Below, piece by piece: positions 37,937 through 48,673 of a stretch of 64,000 nt of DNA; within the stretch, counting starts at the first letter, position 1; every line of letters begins with the position of its first letter. The position numbers and the translations under genes are program-made. The notes under the pieces were generated by a model that made no database searches, was not told the origin of the DNA, and worked only from the letters and a program-made list of their open reading frames with translations. The stretch is from Blepharisma stoltei ATCC 30299 (Eukaryota > Protista > Ciliophora): contig CBFDEM010000053.1 of the NCBI GenBank assembly GCA_965603825.1, positions 1,240,001 through 1,304,000 on the forward strand, written 5' to 3'.

Positions 37937-38758
37937 TTATTTAAATTTCCCTACTGATTCATATACGTAATCTGGCGAATAATCGTATTTTGTATATGAA
38001 TCCAAGGTCTCCACCCCTGTCAAGACTAAAACTGATTTTATTCCTGCATTTTTTGCTAATAAAATATCAGTCACCATTGTATCGCCAAAGAAAATAGATC
38101 TTTCCTTATTGATTCTATCCCTTTCAAATATATAATTTAATAAATAAGGGTCTGGCTTTCCAATGTTCACAAAATTTTTTGTCCCAGATGATGCTAAAAC
38201 TGCATCAACAGTGCAAGCAGCACATGGCAATAGAAATTTTCCAAACTTATATTGAGTATCATAATTAGGGGAAGCCAGAACTGCTCCATTCTGTACATGA
38301 ATTGAGGCGTAATAAATCATTTGATGGGTTAATGAGTCAGAATGTGAGACTATAGCAGCTTTTATTTCTGGGTCAATATTAAGCATTAGATTTTCATAAT
38401 TTGGAGGATTCAATGACCTTGTATTGGTTACTCTGAATCCGAATTCTGTAAGTTCTTCATCTACACCATCTTCACCTATTGTCAAAACTTTGGAATTTCT
38501 TGGACAATAATTAGTTGCCCATTGCGCACTTGCATAAGCACCGTTTAAGATGTTTTCCTTTTTAGCTGTGATACCGTATTTTGCAAAAAATTCTACTTGT
38601 TTTTCTCTTGTTCTTCAAGAATTATTTGAGACAAAATAAATTTCTTTGCCTAAGTCACACAGCTTGTTGATAAATTCCACTGCTCCACGCAATGCTCGAT
38701 GTCCATGAAAAAGTACTCCATCTACATCAAAGAAAAAGTAATCAAAATCATTTATCAT
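37937..38758 (-). CDS. HAD-IIA phosphatase (phosphoglycolate/pyridoxal phosphatase-like, 273 aa)
   Basis: FFFDVDGVLF, VSNNS(W)RT through one TGA, IGKPDP, FFGDTMVTDILLA, VLVLTGV, PDY. Confidence 0.9.
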
Positions 38759-38901
38759 CAAGAAAAATTTCTATTATATAACAAAAATTAATTAGCATTT
38801 TTACCACTCTACATTTATTAATACGGACATAATGTCAGAATAAATATAATCCAAAGTAGCTAAATTTTAGTAAGAAAATTCTTCAATATTTATTAAAAAG
38901 A

Positions 38902-39603
38902 TTACCTTCGATAATCAGGCACAAAATTTGCCCTTCCATTGAGGACTTCTTTTTGCTCTTGTTTAAGCTCATTTAATCCATCATGGGCTGCAGATCTCGA
39001 TTGTGCATATGTGAGCCCAAAAATATTATCAGCAGCTACCCTTCTGGAAACTCCTGTATATCCTGGAATAGGCTCTCCATGCTTTATAGGCTCTTCCTGC
39101 CGTTCTTTCCCAAAGAAAATTTCTGTATGAGTCTGAAAATCGTCTCCTTTATTTTCTTGCTGAAAATTAGCTTTACTGTCCCCAAAAAACGCATTTGTGG
39201 CTGCTTTGAATTCCCTGTCTCCATCTTCAATAGCCCAAAACTTGTTTTGGGTTTCGATAGGAATTACAACTGGCTCTTTGCCCTTTTTAGGCTGAACTCC
39301 TAATATTTCTGTTGCTGTTTTTTCTTTCACAGTATTTAAGTTTATAAATTGCTCTCTGTGAACTGACTTGTACTTGTCTTTTGGCTCTACGTCCAAACCT
39401 TTTGGAAATTCCCCTGCTAAGGACTTATGAGTGGTTTTCCCATAGGTTTCACCGAATAGATTTTCTGATTTTACGCTAGGGATGTAGCCTTGATAACCTG
39501 GGATGTGGCTTTGGTTCGCATTTCTACCGATGCCTTCTTCTTCATCTAATCCAGATGGGATATGTCCTGTATAGCCTGGTAAATGTTTGAACTGAGTCGT
39601 CAT
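38902..39603 (-). CDS. FAM166/CIMIP2-like ciliary microtubule inner protein (PGY repeats)
   Basis: Three repeats: LPGYTGHIP, IPGYQGYIP..ENLFGETYG, IPGYTG..DNIFGLTY. Confidence 0.75.
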   Translation of the reverse strand: MTTQFKHLPGYTGHIPSGLDEEEGIGRNANQSHIPGYQGYIPSVKSENLFGETYGKTTHKSLAGEFPKGLDVEPKDKYKSVHREQFINLNTVKEKTATEILGVQPKKGKEPVVIPIETQNKFWAIEDGDREFKAATNAFFGDSKANFQQENKGDDFQTHTEIFFGKERQEEPIKHGEPIPGYTGVSRRVAADNIFGLTYAQSRSAAHDGLNELKQEQKEVLNGRANFVPDYRR

Positions 39604-39699
39604 TTATATATAACTGTCGTTAAGCTAAGGTAATTTTTGAGAAAATCATGAGGACTTTCTCAATAAAAACTAACAAATATAAGAATAAATTGAATTATA

Positions 39700-42600
39700 T
39701 TAATAGCCTCTTTCACGGTCTGTCAAGAAAATAGAGCCAATGACTGAAGAAAACCACCCTCCCTGCTGCTCAGACTCCACTATAGGTTCTTCTAGAGCTT
39801 TTTCTTCAGTCTTATGCTTTATTCCAGTCGCCATTTCTTGTATGAGGTTTTGGAATTGTTCTTTGATTACTGCAATTTCTTCGTCTTTTTCTTTCAATCT
39901 TTTCTCAAGATCATATGATTTTGTTTCCAATAACAATTTTTCATAATAGGATTTTTGGTTTTCGAGGTTTGTGCGATTATCATTTTGGTTTTCTCTTATT
40001 TTATCGAATAAAGCTTCAATTTCTGCGTTGAGATTTGCTATTTTTTCATGTAAAATTTCTTTATCTTCTTCGAGTTCTTTAATCTTAGCTTCAAGCTCAT
40101 ATTTTTCGCTCTGCAGTGTGTCATTTTCTTCTTTGTTTATTTGTTTTTCAGAAAGATTGTTGATTTCTTCATAAGATTTTGAGAGTTCGTAGTCTTTTTG
40201 TTGAATTTGATATTGGAGATCTTCTATTTTTCCTTCTAATTCGTTTACTTTGTTATTTATTTCTCTTTTATGAGCTTTCTTCAGGGCTAATTTTTGTTCT
40301 AAGAGTGACATTTCTTGTTTCAATTTAGACTTTTCCTCAGACAAAGCTAATAAGTTTTGCTTGATTTCTTTATTTTCAGCTATTGATTTTCCGATTTCAT
40401 TTTCTAATCGTTGCAATTGGCTTTTAAGCTGCACATTTTCATTGATTAAATGGTCATCATTTTTTTCTTTTTTATCTGAAAATTCTTGAATTTCTTGCTG
40501 TAGATTCATCTTAGCAATTTTTTCATTTTTAAGTTCTTGCTCTAACATAAGAATTCTTTGATTTTTGTCAAGCAAAATGTTTTTTATTTCATCTATTTCT
40601 GATTCCTTTTCTGATATACTGTTCTGCAGCTCTAATAAATAGTCTTCTTGGCTTGCAGTGTTTTCTTTATGTTCTTCAAACGCAGTGACTGTGTCTTCAT
40701 AGTATTGCTTATTTTCAGATGCTTCAGTTTTATATATTTCAATTTCTATCTCAAATTTTTTTCTTTCATTTATAAGGATTTGTTCATAGTGGGCTTTAAT
40801 ATCTTCTAACTCCTTCCTATCAGAATTAATTTGGTTTGTTAATTTTTCTATTTCCCCTTCGTATTTTGATTGTATGCTAGCTAACTCTGCTTGATTATTT
40901 TCATTATTTCTTTGTATATAATCAGCTAAATTTTCATTTTTCAGCTGCAGATCAGAGTTTTCTTCAATTTTTGCATCAAGTTCACTTTCGAGGCCTTTTA
41001 ATTCATCATGTAGCTCATCTTTTTCTTTTTGGATATTTTGTTTAAGAGTTTCAAGGTCTTTTTGATAATTTTCTATTTCAGTTTCATAAGAGATTATTTG
41101 ACTTTGATAATTTCTTACTGTATCTGATTGGTTTTCTTGCAAATTCTTTAAGTTTTCTTCTTGTGTGCTATTTTGCGCTTCAAGAATATCTACTTTTTCT
41201 TCAAAAAGCTTTATTTCTGACTGCAATAATAGAATTCTTTCATCTCTATCTACTATACTTTGCTGGATTTCAATATAATCGACATTAATTTTTTGGTAAT
41301 TTTGATTGAGTTTTTCATAATCTTCTTTTATATTTTTTAGCTCAAAAATTTCTTTATTTTTATCGTTAATTTGTGTCACAAGAATCTTGTTTTCTGAGGT
41401 TAATTTTTCTAGTTTTTCTGATAGATTATTTATTTTGTTTTCTAACTCATTTTTAGAGCTTTCAATGATTTCTAAATTCAAATCTTTTTCATTTAGCTCT
41501 TTATCTTTTTGTGAAATTATTGAAATATAATTTTTATTTTCTTCATCTGATTTGCGTAATAAATCTGAAATTTGTTTATCTTTTAAGCTAATTTCACTTT
41601 CTAGCTCTGCCCTTTCTCTTTCTAATGAATTTATAGCATCTTTGAAATTTTTATTTTTCTTTTCACTTTCTTCAAATTTCTTTGAAATCTCATCAACTGC
41701 TTTTTGTAATTTTGTTTCCTTAATATTTGCCTCTGTCAGCTCTGCTGAATATTTTTTCTCTATAATTTTTGCTTCTTCTAAATTTTTTGAAACCTCATCA
41801 ATGGTTTTTTGTAATTTATTTTCTCTCACACCTGCTTCAGCCAAATCAGCTAAATTTTTTTTCTCCATTATTTTTGCTTCTTCTAATTTTCTATTAACAA
41901 TTTCATTTTCTTCCTTATAGCTAGCAATTTTATTTATATAATTTTTGATTTCTTCATGATAATTTTTTGTTGTGTTTTCAAATTCTGCCTTTTCTCTTTC
42001 TGCTTTTTCACTATTTTCATGTTCGATTAAGTGAATTTCGTTTTTAATGTTCTCAATATGCTCATTTGCTTCTCTTAACTCAATCTGCAGTTTATAAATC
42101 TGTTCCTTTTGTTTATGCCCTTCTCTCTTTTCTTCAATAAGATAGGTATGAAGCCTAAGTTTTTCCGTTTCTGCTTGCTGCAGTTGAGCTTGAAGTTCTA
42201 TCATAGCATCCTCTTTAGGCTCACTCAGCATTTGCATTTTCAAGTTATGAATTTCGTCCTCTAGTGCTCTTCTATTAGCTTCTAAATTTTTAATTTGCGA
42301 TAAGGCGTGCTCATAATCTTCTTCTGCTTGTCTCTGCTCAAAAATCGATTTTTTTAAGTCGACATCAGCCTTGCTTTTGGCTTTACTTAAAATTCCGATT
42401 TTCATTTCTTGCTCCTCTACAATCCCCTTTAGCCTTTCTAACTCTTCATTGTTTTCTCGGCATTGGTCTTTGAACTGTTTTATTTGATTTCTATTAGAAG
42501 AAATAGTTTGCTGCAGTCTTTGTCTCTCTTCGTTAAAATACTGCTTATCAAGCTCTTGCTCATGCCTAAATCTGTCAAGTTGTTTTAATAATGCTGATTT

Positions 42601-44850
42601 TTGAATATCAAGTTCTTGTATTGTTTCTCTAAATTCTGCTAATTCTAAGTCTTTTGTGCCAATATAAGATTGCAAAGAAAGTTTTTCATTTTCTAACTTT
42701 GCTGCTTGAAGCTGAAGATCACATGTATCAGCTTCTGATGGATTTCCTACGCTAGCTGACCTCAAAATTGTATTTTCATGGTTAACTGAAATTAATGCTT
42801 TCTGCATATTTATTATTTCTTCTTTTAAAGCAGCTCTGCTTTCTGCTTCAATTTTAAGGTCCCATTCCAGTTCTTGAATTTTTAATTCATTTTTAGCTCT
42901 CAGGTCATTTAAATAAGAAACCTGCTTATAAAGCTCTTCGTTTACTTCTTTCAGCTCTTCAATTTGATCTTCGCTTTGCTGGGTAAGCTGTCTTAAGGCT
43001 GCTTTAAGTTCTGTATTCGTTTCATTAGCTTTAATCTCTTCAAGTTTACTATTTTTTTGAGTTTCCTCTGGTTGAGGAATCTCAAAGCTTTCGGCTTCTT
43101 TATATTCAACTGGATTATTTTCATTTTTATTTTCATTAAAAGCTGCTTCTACATGAATTAGCTCTTCTTCACCAATAGATACTGCTTCTTTAATTGGCTC
43201 TATCATAGAATCATCTTTTATTGGCTCAATTTTGTCTTCTTCTTCTTCTAGATTTTCATAATTTTCATTAAAAGCGATTGCTGAGCTTTCTTCGTCTTTT
43301 TTTCTGAATTCTTCTATAGGCTCTTCAATATTAGCTGGCTTATAATTCATTTCACTATATGAAGATTGTCCTAGAGTGTCGACATAATTAGACCTTTTCC
43401 TTGGCTCTGCTGGTTTTGTGAATTCTTTGGGTGGGAGCAATATTTCTTCCTCTTTTGCGTCCTCTTGGCCTTCTATTACCCACTTTTTTTTAACTTTATC
43501 ATAGTAAAATCCACCAGAATTCCCCAATTTCATTTCTTTGGGTGGAGGATCGGTAGATGCAGATTTTGATGAAAAAATTCCTTTGATTTTGGCTCCAAAA
43601 GATTTGGGTTGATTCTCAGGGGGAGGAGGAGGAGTTTTTTTGATTGCTCTGATGGTTTGATGAAGCGCATTTCGGCGCTCAATCTTTGGTAGGTGAAAAC
43701 TTGCGAAGTTTGGGATATACTCAAATTCTTGATCAGATTCTAAAGAGCGTGCGGTTGACCGACAAGAACTCATAGCTGGTGACACTAGTGGCATAGCAAG
43801 ATTTAATTGCGACTCTTCGACAATTTCTTCTTTTTCTGGTGTTTCTAAGTCTTTTCTTATTCTTACAGATCTGAGTTTTTGCTGTGGTTTTGAATTCATA
43901 TTTTTATTGATCTTTATTGAAGGTTTATTACTTTCTAATGCTTCTGTCAAAATTTCGATGCTTTTTGGCTTGAAATTTGCTACTTCTGCTGTTGCAAACT
44001 CTTTTAACTGATCAAACTGCTCTTTGACTAATTCTGAGATTTTTTTCTGGTCATCTTTCAACTCTTCGATTTTCCCTTCTAAAACCCTTTTCATATTCAT
44101 CTTTTTATTAAGAAATTCATATTTGCTATTATTTCCTTGGCATCCCAGCTGTGATTGTCTATGAATTTCATTATGAACGATAACTTGTGAAGATTTTTCT
44201 GCAGATTCTATTTTTGTTTGAATTTCTGCTTCAGATTTTGGTGTTTGAATTTGAGTATTTTTATCAGTTAAAATTTTTATCTCAGTTTGGCTAAAATTTT
44301 CTTTATTTGAAATTATTGAAGCTGCTTGAATTTCTTTTTCAGCCTGAAGTTTTATGAATTTTTGATGACTAAGAGCTTCCATTTTTAGCTCTTCTATACA
44401 TTGAGTGCCTTTTTCAGTGGCTTTTGGACGCACTTGGATGGACTTTTCTTTCAGGTTGAAAATAGAAAAGTCTGTTTGTGACTTAGATTTTGAGCTGGAA
44501 ACTTCTGTTTGGGTAAAACTCGATTCTGAGGGGCTACAATTTTGGGTAGATGAATCAACTCCTTTTACACGAATTTGGGATGCTACACTCGCTTGGGATA
44601 CTTGTGTTTGGATTTCTTCATCTAATAGCTTTTTATATGCAATTTCTATTGTTTGGATTTCTTTGCTTACTAAGTCTTCCACATTGAATCCTCTTCTACT
44701 GGCGACTCTCAAATACATTTTTTCCAGCTTTGAAATCTTGAAGCCTCTTTGCTCATATTTTTCCGTCATTAATTCAAGCTCATTGAGTAGTGAATTTTTC
44801 TCTTCCATCAGCTTAGCAACCACAGTGTTTGGGTCTATCTCTAATTCCAT
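39700..44850 (-). CDS. Golgin-like long coiled-coil protein with N-terminal TQT-motif array and Sec16-like motif (1716 aa)
   Basis: Uninterrupted ORF; about 1100 aa of E/K/L-rich heptads; KLGNSGGFYYDKVKKKWV and RSNYVD; C-terminal GGWFSSVIGSIF. Confidence 0.85.
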   Translation of the reverse strand: MELEIDPNTVVAKLMEEKNSLLNELELMTEKYEQRGFKISKLEKMYLRVASRRGFNVEDLVSKEIQTIEIAYKKLLDEEIQTQVSQASVASQIRVKGVDSSTQNCSPSESSFTQTEVSSSKSKSQTDFSIFNLKEKSIQVRPKATEKGTQCIEELKMEALSHQKFIKLQAEKEIQAASIISNKENFSQTEIKILTDKNTQIQTPKSEAEIQTKIESAEKSSQVIVHNEIHRQSQLGCQGNNSKYEFLNKKMNMKRVLEGKIEELKDDQKKISELVKEQFDQLKEFATAEVANFKPKSIEILTEALESNKPSIKINKNMNSKPQQKLRSVRIRKDLETPEKEEIVEESQLNLAMPLVSPAMSSCRSTARSLESDQEFEYIPNFASFHLPKIERRNALHQTIRAIKKTPPPPPENQPKSFGAKIKGIFSSKSASTDPPPKEMKLGNSGGFYYDKVKKKWVIEGQEDAKEEEILLPPKEFTKPAEPRKRSNYVDTLGQSSYSEMNYKPANIEEPIEEFRKKDEESSAIAFNENYENLEEEEDKIEPIKDDSMIEPIKEAVSIGEEELIHVEAAFNENKNENNPVEYKEAESFEIPQPEETQKNSKLEEIKANETNTELKAALRQLTQQSEDQIEELKEVNEELYKQVSYLNDLRAKNELKIQELEWDLKIEAESRAALKEEIINMQKALISVNHENTILRSASVGNPSEADTCDLQLQAAKLENEKLSLQSYIGTKDLELAEFRETIQELDIQKSALLKQLDRFRHEQELDKQYFNEERQRLQQTISSNRNQIKQFKDQCRENNEELERLKGIVEEQEMKIGILSKAKSKADVDLKKSIFEQRQAEEDYEHALSQIKNLEANRRALEDEIHNLKMQMLSEPKEDAMIELQAQLQQAETEKLRLHTYLIEEKREGHKQKEQIYKLQIELREANEHIENIKNEIHLIEHENSEKAEREKAEFENTTKNYHEEIKNYINKIASYKEENEIVNRKLEEAKIMEKKNLADLAEAGVRENKLQKTIDEVSKNLEEAKIIEKKYSAELTEANIKETKLQKAVDEISKKFEESEKKNKNFKDAINSLERERAELESEISLKDKQISDLLRKSDEENKNYISIISQKDKELNEKDLNLEIIESSKNELENKINNLSEKLEKLTSENKILVTQINDKNKEIFELKNIKEDYEKLNQNYQKINVDYIEIQQSIVDRDERILLLQSEIKLFEEKVDILEAQNSTQEENLKNLQENQSDTVRNYQSQIISYETEIENYQKDLETLKQNIQKEKDELHDELKGLESELDAKIEENSDLQLKNENLADYIQRNNENNQAELASIQSKYEGEIEKLTNQINSDRKELEDIKAHYEQILINERKKFEIEIEIYKTEASENKQYYEDTVTAFEEHKENTASQEDYLLELQNSISEKESEIDEIKNILLDKNQRILMLEQELKNEKIAKMNLQQEIQEFSDKKEKNDDHLINENVQLKSQLQRLENEIGKSIAENKEIKQNLLALSEEKSKLKQEMSLLEQKLALKKAHKREINNKVNELEGKIEDLQYQIQQKDYELSKSYEEINNLSEKQINKEENDTLQSEKYELEAKIKELEEDKEILHEKIANLNAEIEALFDKIRENQNDNRTNLENQKSYYEKLLLETKSYDLEKRLKEKDEEIAVIKEQFQNLIQEMATGIKHKTEEKALEEPIVESEQQGGWFSSVIGSIFLTDRERGY
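41668..41892 (-). repeat. Intragenic 105-nt (35-aa) tandem duplication
   Basis: RKLEEAKIMEKKNLADLAEAGVRENKLQKTIDEVS / KNLEEAKIIEKKYSAELTEANIKETKLQKAVDEIS / KKFEE. Confidence 0.75.
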
Positions 44851-44949
44851 TCGATATTAATCAATAATAAAGATTAAATATTTCTTCTAAATTTTAAATA
44901 ATTCATATAAAAGCATTGACAAAATACATAGAAAAAATATTTTTTATAA

Positions 44950-46575
44950 ATGTCTTGCATAAGAAGACTATCGACAATAGGGAAAAGATATTTCTCTAAA
45001 AACTGGAATTATAATCAATTTGTCGATGAAGTCTTCAAAAATGATCTTTTTTTACAAGTAATTTTCCCTCAAAGAGATGAGTATGCGGAGGAAATTAGCA
45101 TAAAAAATTTCACAGACAAAATCATTGACTCAGCATTTATAAGACCACCAAAATTGGAGCATGAGCTTGAAAGAATTGTCAGGACTGAAGGAATATATAA
45201 ATCTGAAGAATTTGCCAAGCTTAATAATGACGATTTCATACAAAAAATTCTTAAACCTTCTCCCGAAGCTGTGGCCAGATTTCAAGCTTATCGTCCTCCA
45301 TCTCAAGATGATTTTCTTCTGCAAAAAGGAAAAGAAGCAGGGGTTAAATTTATCACAGGCTCCTCCAGTATAACTTCAGCAATGCAGCAGATTTACTATA
45401 CAATCTCCAATTTCAAGTCTCCAGATGTGACTGGCTTAGCAAAAAATTACGATAACCAGAATATGAACTATATGTCTGCCTATAGGAAGCCTACAACTTT
45501 AATGCTAAGAAAAGTGGATCAAAATTTATATGCCATTGATGGAGATCATGGACCTTTACCCACTTCCAATGAAGCTTTGACCACAATGGGGATTGTGTTG
45601 GAGACTATGTTTACTACTGAAAAAGAATTATTTAAAAGAGTTATGGACCCAACCGTAGAAATCTCAAAAGAAGACATGGAAATTTTACATTCATCCAGCA
45701 GGTCTTACAGATATAGGCAGCTAGGGAATATTTTAGTACGTTCACAGATTGATTGTGAGTCAGTCTCAGAAACTGGCGAATATTTTGTATTTGAAATAAA
45801 GACCCGAGCATGTGCTCCTATCAGATATGATGTCAAAAATTGGGAAAATTATTTAGACTATAAAATTGAAACACGAACAGGAGTCCATTCTTCATATGAA
45901 AGAGAATATTTTGATTTATGCAGAAGCATTCTATTAAAATACTTTTTCCAAATAAAAATGGGGAGAATGGACGGAGCGTTTGTAGCGTATCATAACTTGC
46001 AAGAGCTGTTTGGATATGAGTATATGAGGCTTGAAGAAATGGAAAAAAGGCTTTTTGGGGGGAGTGATTTTGCTGACCAAATATTGAAAAGCTGTGCATG
46101 CATTCTTCAAGATGCACTGCAAGATGCTATTGCTTTGTTTCCAAATGATCCAATGCTTAAAATCGGTTTTTATGCTATGTATAGGTCAGATGAACTTTTT
46201 ATTACTATTGAAAGATTTGATGAAATGGAGCAATGGAATGACCATACTAAACAAATTGAAGGAATCGAAGATGAGCTTGACTATTATGAAGCCTTTCACC
46301 CAGGAAAAACTGCTTATACGCTTGGCCGACGATTTTACCCTCACATTAATGGAATACTCCAAAAAGAGCCGCTTTTCTTGGAGCCTGGTGACAAATTTTC
46401 CATAAAGCAAATAAAATACACCAAAGGCACCATGGCCTATAATGAATATATGTACTTCTTGCATTCAGCATATAAAATTGATACTCTAGCCCATCATAAA
46501 GACTTTGCTGGGTTGTGGAAGAAATTTAACGATTTTCACATCTACAGGAAACCTTTATATAGGGAATCAAGCTAA
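44950..46575 (+). CDS. PET127: Mitochondrial RNA 5'-processing nuclease Pet127-like
   Basis: Arg/Ser-rich presequence; GSSSIT, RSQIDC, VFEIKTRA..PIRYD, SYEREYFDL, QIKMGRMDGAFVAYHN. Confidence 0.85.
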   Translation: MSCIRRLSTIGKRYFSKNWNYNQFVDEVFKNDLFLQVIFPQRDEYAEEISIKNFTDKIIDSAFIRPPKLEHELERIVRTEGIYKSEEFAKLNNDDFIQKILKPSPEAVARFQAYRPPSQDDFLLQKGKEAGVKFITGSSSITSAMQQIYYTISNFKSPDVTGLAKNYDNQNMNYMSAYRKPTTLMLRKVDQNLYAIDGDHGPLPTSNEALTTMGIVLETMFTTEKELFKRVMDPTVEISKEDMEILHSSSRSYRYRQLGNILVRSQIDCESVSETGEYFVFEIKTRACAPIRYDVKNWENYLDYKIETRTGVHSSYEREYFDLCRSILLKYFFQIKMGRMDGAFVAYHNLQELFGYEYMRLEEMEKRLFGGSDFADQILKSCACILQDALQDAIALFPNDPMLKIGFYAMYRSDELFITIERFDEMEQWNDHTKQIEGIEDELDYYEAFHPGKTAYTLGRRFYPHINGILQKEPLFLEPGDKFSIKQIKYTKGTMAYNEYMYFLHSAYKIDTLAHHKDFAGLWKKFNDFHIYRKPLYRESS

Positions 46576-46593
46576 ATATTAATAATAGACAAA

Positions 46594-48183
46594 TTATGTT
46601 TTAGGAGAAAATAGGGAGTTTGAAAAAGATCTTCGGCTTGGCCCAAGGATGTTGCACCTTAATAATTTCGCTTTAATTGCACTCATTTCTTCAGGAGGCT
46701 TTGAAGCTTTTATTTTTTCTGTTTTTTGAGGCTTGTCAAAATGGATAAAGCCTTGTAGCGATGAGTTAGGAGATAATGCTTTTGCATATGAGTAGCCACT
46801 TAAGTCAAAAGATGAAAATCTGTGTCTTGTTTCTTGTCGTGAAATCTGTAAATTATCTTCGAATTTTGAGAGTTGATCACTCATTAAAGAATTTAGTGAT
46901 GATTTTCTACGCAGAAAAGAGCTCGCTGGCTTCGGGGAAATCATATAGCTGCCATCCTCTGTATTTTCGTAGTAAATTGTAGCTGTTGAGCTTTTAAATG
47001 GTTTTAAAAAGCAATTAGATCTATGGACTGTTGGTTTAACATCATCGTCTTCAGAAAGAGATGGCTGGTTGTTTTTTCTTATTGACAATAATAGAGTAGA
47101 ATTGCTTTGAATGTCTTTTAAGTCCTTAACGATTTTTTCTCTATGAAGTTCTTTTATTTTATTATAGTCCATAAATTGGTTTAATGCGTCTTCTGATCGT
47201 ATCCTGCGCTTGAATTCTAGCTTAGATATAGAGAGCATTTCCACAGTTTCTGAATAGCACTTACAGCTAGTAAGTCTATTTGTGCCTTTAATAATTTCTT
47301 CGTGGCCAACAAACTCTCCTTTGCTTTTTATTGCAAGTCTTGCTTGCTGGAACTTGCTTTTTTTCTTTATAAATTTAGGTCTTCCATATTGATTTGATTT
47401 TGTGTCCATTATAGGCAACTCTATGCTTACTTTTCTATAGAGTTCTACTTCTCCTTTTGTAATTATATACACATCTTTTGGCGAATCATTTTCTCTATAA
47501 ATCACTTGGTTTCTCTTAAAAGAAATCGGAGTAAAATAATAACTTAGCTTTACAAGCTCTCTTTTTGCCCATTTTGAAAACACCGGCAAAGAGCCTAAAA
47601 ACTCAATTAAATCATCCAGCTTTGTAGTGGAATTTTCTCCTAAAATACGTAAATAGTCATGTTTTTCTAAAATCGCAAAATGAGTATTTGTATCACAAAT
47701 AATAGTAGCTGCACGCGGTTGACTTTTTAGTAACGCAAGCTCTCCAAAAGAGCAGCCAGCTTCTAGTGTAGAGACTTGCATTAGCTGAGTCTCTTCTTCA
47801 GAAATAACAGTTGGGACGAGAACTTTTACAGTTCCATTAAGAATAACATAAAATAAGTCGCCTTGGTCGCCAACATTGAAAACAACATCATTCTTGTTTT
47901 TAAATAAATAATGCATGTATTGACAGCATGATCTGTGAGCACTTTCATTTATTTCGTTTCTTATTCTAATAAAGAAAGGGACGTCTTGAGTTATTGTTAC
48001 AAGAGTTTTCAAAAAATTCGAGGACCTGCTTGTGGGAGAAGTATTTAGAATTGTTATAACTTTCATCAGTGAAGGAGAAATTCCAAGGGCAGTTTTAGAG
48101 AATGATGCGAAAAGAGGGGTGATTGGGGTTAATTGATCTTTTATGTTAGGTGTATTTTGAGATGATGATCTGCTATGAGACAT
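46594..48183 (-). CDS. Tandem cyclic-nucleotide-binding domain protein
   Basis: GDQGDLFYVILNG, FGELALL..PRAATI; second domain VYIITKGEV..GEFVGHEE. Confidence 0.88.
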   Translation of the reverse strand: MSHSRSSSQNTPNIKDQLTPITPLFASFSKTALGISPSLMKVITILNTSPTSRSSNFLKTLVTITQDVPFFIRIRNEINESAHRSCCQYMHYLFKNKNDVVFNVGDQGDLFYVILNGTVKVLVPTVISEEETQLMQVSTLEAGCSFGELALLKSQPRAATIICDTNTHFAILEKHDYLRILGENSTTKLDDLIEFLGSLPVFSKWAKRELVKLSYYFTPISFKRNQVIYRENDSPKDVYIITKGEVELYRKVSIELPIMDTKSNQYGRPKFIKKKSKFQQARLAIKSKGEFVGHEEIIKGTNRLTSCKCYSETVEMLSISKLEFKRRIRSEDALNQFMDYNKIKELHREKIVKDLKDIQSNSTLLLSIRKNNQPSLSEDDDVKPTVHRSNCFLKPFKSSTATIYYENTEDGSYMISPKPASSFLRRKSSLNSLMSDQLSKFEDNLQISRQETRHRFSSFDLSGYSYAKALSPNSSLQGFIHFDKPQKTEKIKASKPPEEMSAIKAKLLRCNILGPSRRSFSNSLFSPKT

Positions 48184-48673
48184 TTTTTAATAAATTTTAA
48201 GGATGATTAAATTTAAACGCCATACGAAAATCTGTAATTCTTTACAAATTTTAAATTATTAATTAAAAAAGTATTTATCAAGTAAGAGAGTTTTTTAAAA
48301 GTTCTTGGATGCCGAACAATATTGCAGGTCTGTTTGCTACTGTGGAGAAATACCCAAAATCTGTATAAGTTATCGAAGTAGCGTCGCTGCTAGCGAATAT
48401 AAAAGTAGTTTGCTATTATGGAATGATACCACCACATGCAATAAAGTATAAATAAAATTCAATTATTATTTAGTGCAATTATGCAATTTTATATATACAG
48501 AATTAACTTCATGTTTAAATTGAAATAAAATATTATACTAATCTAGTTTCATGCTACGTTAAAGAACTTTTAAATCAATTTTTATTTATATTATTAATAA
48601 ATTATTTGCCATTTATAATGATCAAATAACATATAGAAATTTATATTTTAACTATAGCTTCAGTAATTTGATT

